From Nemertoderma westbladi (Eukaryota; Animalia; Xenacoelomorpha): a stretch of DNA of 64,000 bases. The position numbers and the translations under genes are program-made. Below the pieces are notes generated by a model. That model saw only the letters and a list, made by a program, of their open reading frames with translations. It was not told the origin of the DNA and did no database searches. The stretch covers positions 1-64,000 of the forward strand of contig JAUCBJ010006915.1 of NCBI GenBank assembly GCA_032718475.1, read 5' to 3'. Within the stretch, counting starts at the first letter, position 1. Each line of letters starts with the position of its first letter. This document shows, in pieces, positions 59,893-64,000 of this stretch.

Positions 59893-62800
59893 AAATGTTT
59901 TATACAAAGGTACGAAATGTATCGGCTTAACCACGCAGTTCTTTTACAAATTGTCAGCCAAGAGGCAGACGAATTTAGTAATTTGTCATAAATACTACAT
60001 GGCTCTAATGCCAGCGACGGTTGTCCGCTAATTAATGGAAGTTTCGAATCCAAACCCACAGGTTTGGAAACCAAAGGCTCCATTTTGTCGGTCATTTTCT
60101 GTCCATCACTTACCAACTGTGACCCTGGTGTAGTCTGTAAGGGTGGTTTTATGTCGTAACTTACCCTTCTGGACCTAGTAGTCACGTAAGTCTGTTGGTC
60201 TGACAGGTCTCCGGGCCGCTCCAATGACTCTTCAGGCTGCTCCAATGACTCTTCAGGCCGCTCCAATGACTTAAGTTTGGCTTTAGACTTAGACTTAGAG
60301 ACTTTCTCCACCTTGACTTCTGCATCTTCAGGCATCGGATTGGTCACTATTTTTAGTCGCTCTGGCCAATGTTCCTGTGTCCTCGTTAGAAAATCAGGTC
60401 CATGCAACCAAAACTCCTGCGACTCTTCCTGACAGAATTCCGCCGGCATTGCACCTCTCGAAGTTATGTCGGCCGGGTTTAACACTCCCGGACAATGTCT
60501 CCATTGTTCCTTCGTCGAAAGTCGACGATCTGAGCGCGTCTGTTGGCCACAAATGTCTTTAGTGCAATATTGTCGGCCGCAATGTATACTAACACTAAGG
60601 ATGCGTCCGTCCAATAGAATAAGGTCAATGTCGTGTCTAACTCCTCAATTATCTGCTTACTTACCTCAACTGAAACTACTACCGCCTGTAACTCTGCACG
60701 AGGGACAGTCATATATTTGACCGGCATTGTCTTTGATCTAGAAGTCACAAAGGCCGTCTCAAACTTATCCTGACTCACCTCTCGGCGAAGGTAGGCTACC
60801 ATACCAAAGCCGGTGTCACTTGCGTCACTGAACATATGGAGTTCTAAATCAGCTGGGAATACCAGCTGATTCGGAAAGTAGGAACGGGGCACATCTATGT
60901 TTTTCAATAGATGCAACTCGGCTTCCCACTCTCTCCACTGCTTTGCATGTATAGGAGATATTGGTTCGTCCCACTCTAAGTCAGACAACCAAATTTTCCT
61001 CATGCATGCTCGTGCCTGTAATATTACCAGACTGATAAAGTTCATCGGGTCAAATAGTCTACTTAAAGTCGATAAGCAAATTCTCTTTGTCAAAACTTTG
61101 TCTGGGCTACTGGGCTCAAACCTAACTCTTGCCTGGAATTTATCCGTGTTCGGATTCCAAGCGAGTCCCAGTACTCGCGCCATGGGGATGGGTTCTACCC
61201 CCAATACAATGTCTCCGCTCCCGCGATCCTTTACCGGGAACGACTCTAATAGGGCCTCCGAGTTCGTAGTGAACTTGGTCAGAGGAAATCCCCCTGTAGC
61301 CAAGCACTCCTGCAGGCCGTGAGCCACTTCTATGGCTTGTTCTGCTGTGTCCTTGGACACCAATCCGTCGTCCATATAGAAGTTTCTCAAGATGGACTCG
61401 ATCACTTCTACTGGATACTTACCAATCTGGGCTGTTGCCGTTTTCTTTAGAACAAACAGCGTGCCATTCGGACTATCGCGGGCACCAAATATCCTAACGT
61501 ACATTTGGTATGTAACCACTGGGCCGGATAAGTCTTCATTCTCAAACCAGAGAAATCGATGGCTATCCTGGTCTGCCTTACAGGCTCTTACCTGGTGGAA
61601 CATCGCCTCGATGTCACAAGTAAATGCGAATCGCCGCTGTCTAAAACGCAACAGTATTCCTATCAAATAGTTATTCAGGTTGGGACCATCCATCAACTCT
61701 GAATTCAGGGACATACCTCTATAGACTGCTGCGCAGTCGTTGACTACTCGGACTTTATCAGGCTTGTCAGGGTGAGTCACATAGTGGTGTGGGAGGTAAT
61801 AAGTCTGTTCTGTCACTAAGTCAGGGTCCTCTACCTTCCCAGCAAATCCCTTGGCGAAATAGTTGTTGATCTGGGCGCAATACTTCTCCCTAATGTCTGG
61901 GTTCTTCAACAACCGAGCCCTTACTCCGTTCAATCTTTTCAAGGCTAAGTTGTAGTTGTTCTCCAATTTAGGAGGTTGTCGACGCCACAACATTCCAACT
62001 TCAAAATGTCCAGTCGGTAGCAGACGTATGGTATCTTCCATCATCTCCAGTGACCGTTTCTCATCAGTGGACATGGCTAGGTCATATCCACCGGGTTCCA
62101 TTGCGTCCCTATCCAGCCATTCGACGGTTCTGGCTCCTGTCTCGAGGTCCTGGCGTATCAATTCCTTCTGCAATTCCTCCTCACTGTATTGGAAAATGTC
62201 TAGGTCTCGATATTTAGCCACTTGACCCTCCACTATGTTGGTATAAGTCAAAACGTTACTCAAATAGGTAGTGTGGGCCGCTGAACCAGACCCACAGGTC
62301 TGATAACAGTAGTCCTCGGGTTCACTATCTGTCCGGTCGTTATGAAGTGGTTCCGACAACCTAACATTATCGGGAATCAACTCCTCGTCCGACTCGCTAA
62401 AGTCACTATAGTGGTCAATACAGGTTCTCCTAAACTCGTCTATGTCTGGTGGTTCTACTAACGGTGGTTGAGTTATAGGCTGTAATTCGTCGTATCTATC
62501 CATTGGCTTGTCGTCACCTGTAAACTCATAAGACATGGGTACTCGTGTATACCAACCTAATATAGTCCTATGGGCATGTGGTCCATTGACATGCGGCTCA
62601 GCTGGTCTCGTTTCCCATATTTGGTGTGTGATCAGCTGTTCTGCACCAATTAACATAGAAACATTCCTATAACCTACCTGATGTCTGGGTATTCTGAGCT
62701 TGTCAAAATACTCCTGTGCTATGGGACTCATGTCTGTCTACTGAGTTAAATGTCACAGTGGTCCTGTCATCGTCAAAACTTACCATAGACTTACCGGTAA

Positions 62801-63720
62801 CAGGTTTAGACTCTCTCATATTCTCCTCTGAGAAGTTTGATTTCATCTCTGCTACTGCGTCTGTGGCTATCATGTCATGAATATGCTGAAGTGTCAATAC
62901 TTTACCTTGGCCCTCCAACTTATTCTTTAATTTGCGCCATTTCTGTCTGTAACGCATGTTTAGACGTCTTATTACGCCTTTCAAGACTTCGGCGTGATCA
63001 CCATGATAAGGTAGATTCACCGTCCTCAAGATGTCCAATGCGTTCGAAATAGCGTTCGCTAAGTTCAACAGCTCTAACGGAGTTGTAATCCTTCCGCCCT
63101 TACCCAAGTCTTCCACTATCGACTGTGCCATCTTGGTTTTATTCCCGTAGAGGTCGCTAAGCGTCTTCATTGCCAACTCAAATGCCCTTTCATTGCCGAC
63201 GAAGTTGTCAGCAATGGCTCTAGGTTCTCGATGGAGCATCTGAAGCAAATAGTTGAACTTCTCGTTGGGAGTAAAGGTGCTGTTGGTCAGCTGCTCGTCG
63301 ACATAGGTTTTGAATGTCCTCCAGTGCTTGTGGTTACCCATAAACTTCTGGGGTTGTTGCGTCGGCAGTCCTTGCCTAGCAGCAAACTTACCTATGTCCC
63401 TAAGGGTTGCGTCGTTCCGGGTTAACAAATGGTTTAGTTCTGCAGGGTTGTTAAGTCTGGTCCTTTCCCGGGGATTGAGACTTACCTGCTCCGCGTCCGT
63501 CCTTCTTTCCTTATAGTTTCGGGACTTCTGACGTCTCATGTCTTCCTCTTCATCACTCGATTCTGTGTCAGTCCTTAGCGCTCGCGATGGTTTGCGTGCC
63601 GAGGCCCTGACCCAGGCTTCTTGAATAAACTTTTCGGCTGAGTTTTCGAAATCGGGATTATGGATATTCGGGACAGGCGTCCTTACCTGAGGTCTATGTG
63701 GTATGGGCTGCTTCCTTTAA
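59893..63720 (-). pseudogene. pol: Gag/RT/RNase H of F, frameshifted, with Gag knuckles and protease active site deleted
   Basis: PQKFMGNHKHW; HRTILGWY; YLPHHYV, RVVNDCAA, DIEAMFHQV, FYMDDGL, LHMFSDAS, FYWTDA, NPADITSRG. No CCHC or LDS motif between Gag and the protease C-terminus (~62790). Confidence 0.9.
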
Positions 63721-64000
63721 CCGTAGGTTGCTAAGCATGTCTGCTATAGGTTGGATGTGCGGCGATATAGCTTGCGCTAAACTAGCACTTAACTCATCCC
63801 TCGTAATAAATTCCTGGCTAGGGTTCTGTTGTATAGTCGGCTCTATCTGAGTAATCCGCTGTCTCTCATATGATCCCTCTTCCGGTTTAACCCGGAAGTT
63901 CTCCGTCGAACTGGGTCAGCGCTCCGTCCGCGTATTCCAAACCCGCGGGTTCGGTTCGCCAAATACTCGGCCCGTCGGAGTTTCTCCTCTAAACTCTTCG

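Larger units (their letters stand above)
47037..64000 (-). mobile_element. BEL/Pao element F (divergent ORF3-bearing family), runs off the window
   Basis: Gag 62703-63539+, RT/RNase H 59893-62731, integrase 53027-54488, ORF3 ~48830-52279, LTR. Confidence 0.9.

Overview
Animal (eukaryotic) genomic DNA that is almost entirely a nest of decayed, nested LTR retrotransposons. It holds six BEL/Pao pieces: A (+, ~3.2-13.2 kb), B (-, 14.5-20.8 kb), C (-, 21-31.9 kb), D (-, 34.1-40 kb), E (+, 40-45.4 kb) and F (-, 45.4-64 kb, running off the window). A young Mag-like Gypsy element (G) sits inside F, several non-autonomous DNA transposons are scattered through, and there is one intronless gene for a protein with four cold-shock/OB-fold repeats (975-2648). 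The most striking system is in A, B and F: after integrase each carries a ~1200-aa extra ORF, not an env, encoding a WRN/EXD-like DEDDy 3'-5' exonuclease with CCHC zinc knuckles and an RG/RS tail, preceded by a conserved short intron. The same lineages are studded with family-specific 18-20-nt hairpin palindromes (GGAAGGCTYGCGAGCCTWCC in A/B/D, CCAAACCYGYGGGTTTGG in F) at homologous positions in coding and non-coding sequence. All calls are from reading the sequence; no database searches were run.
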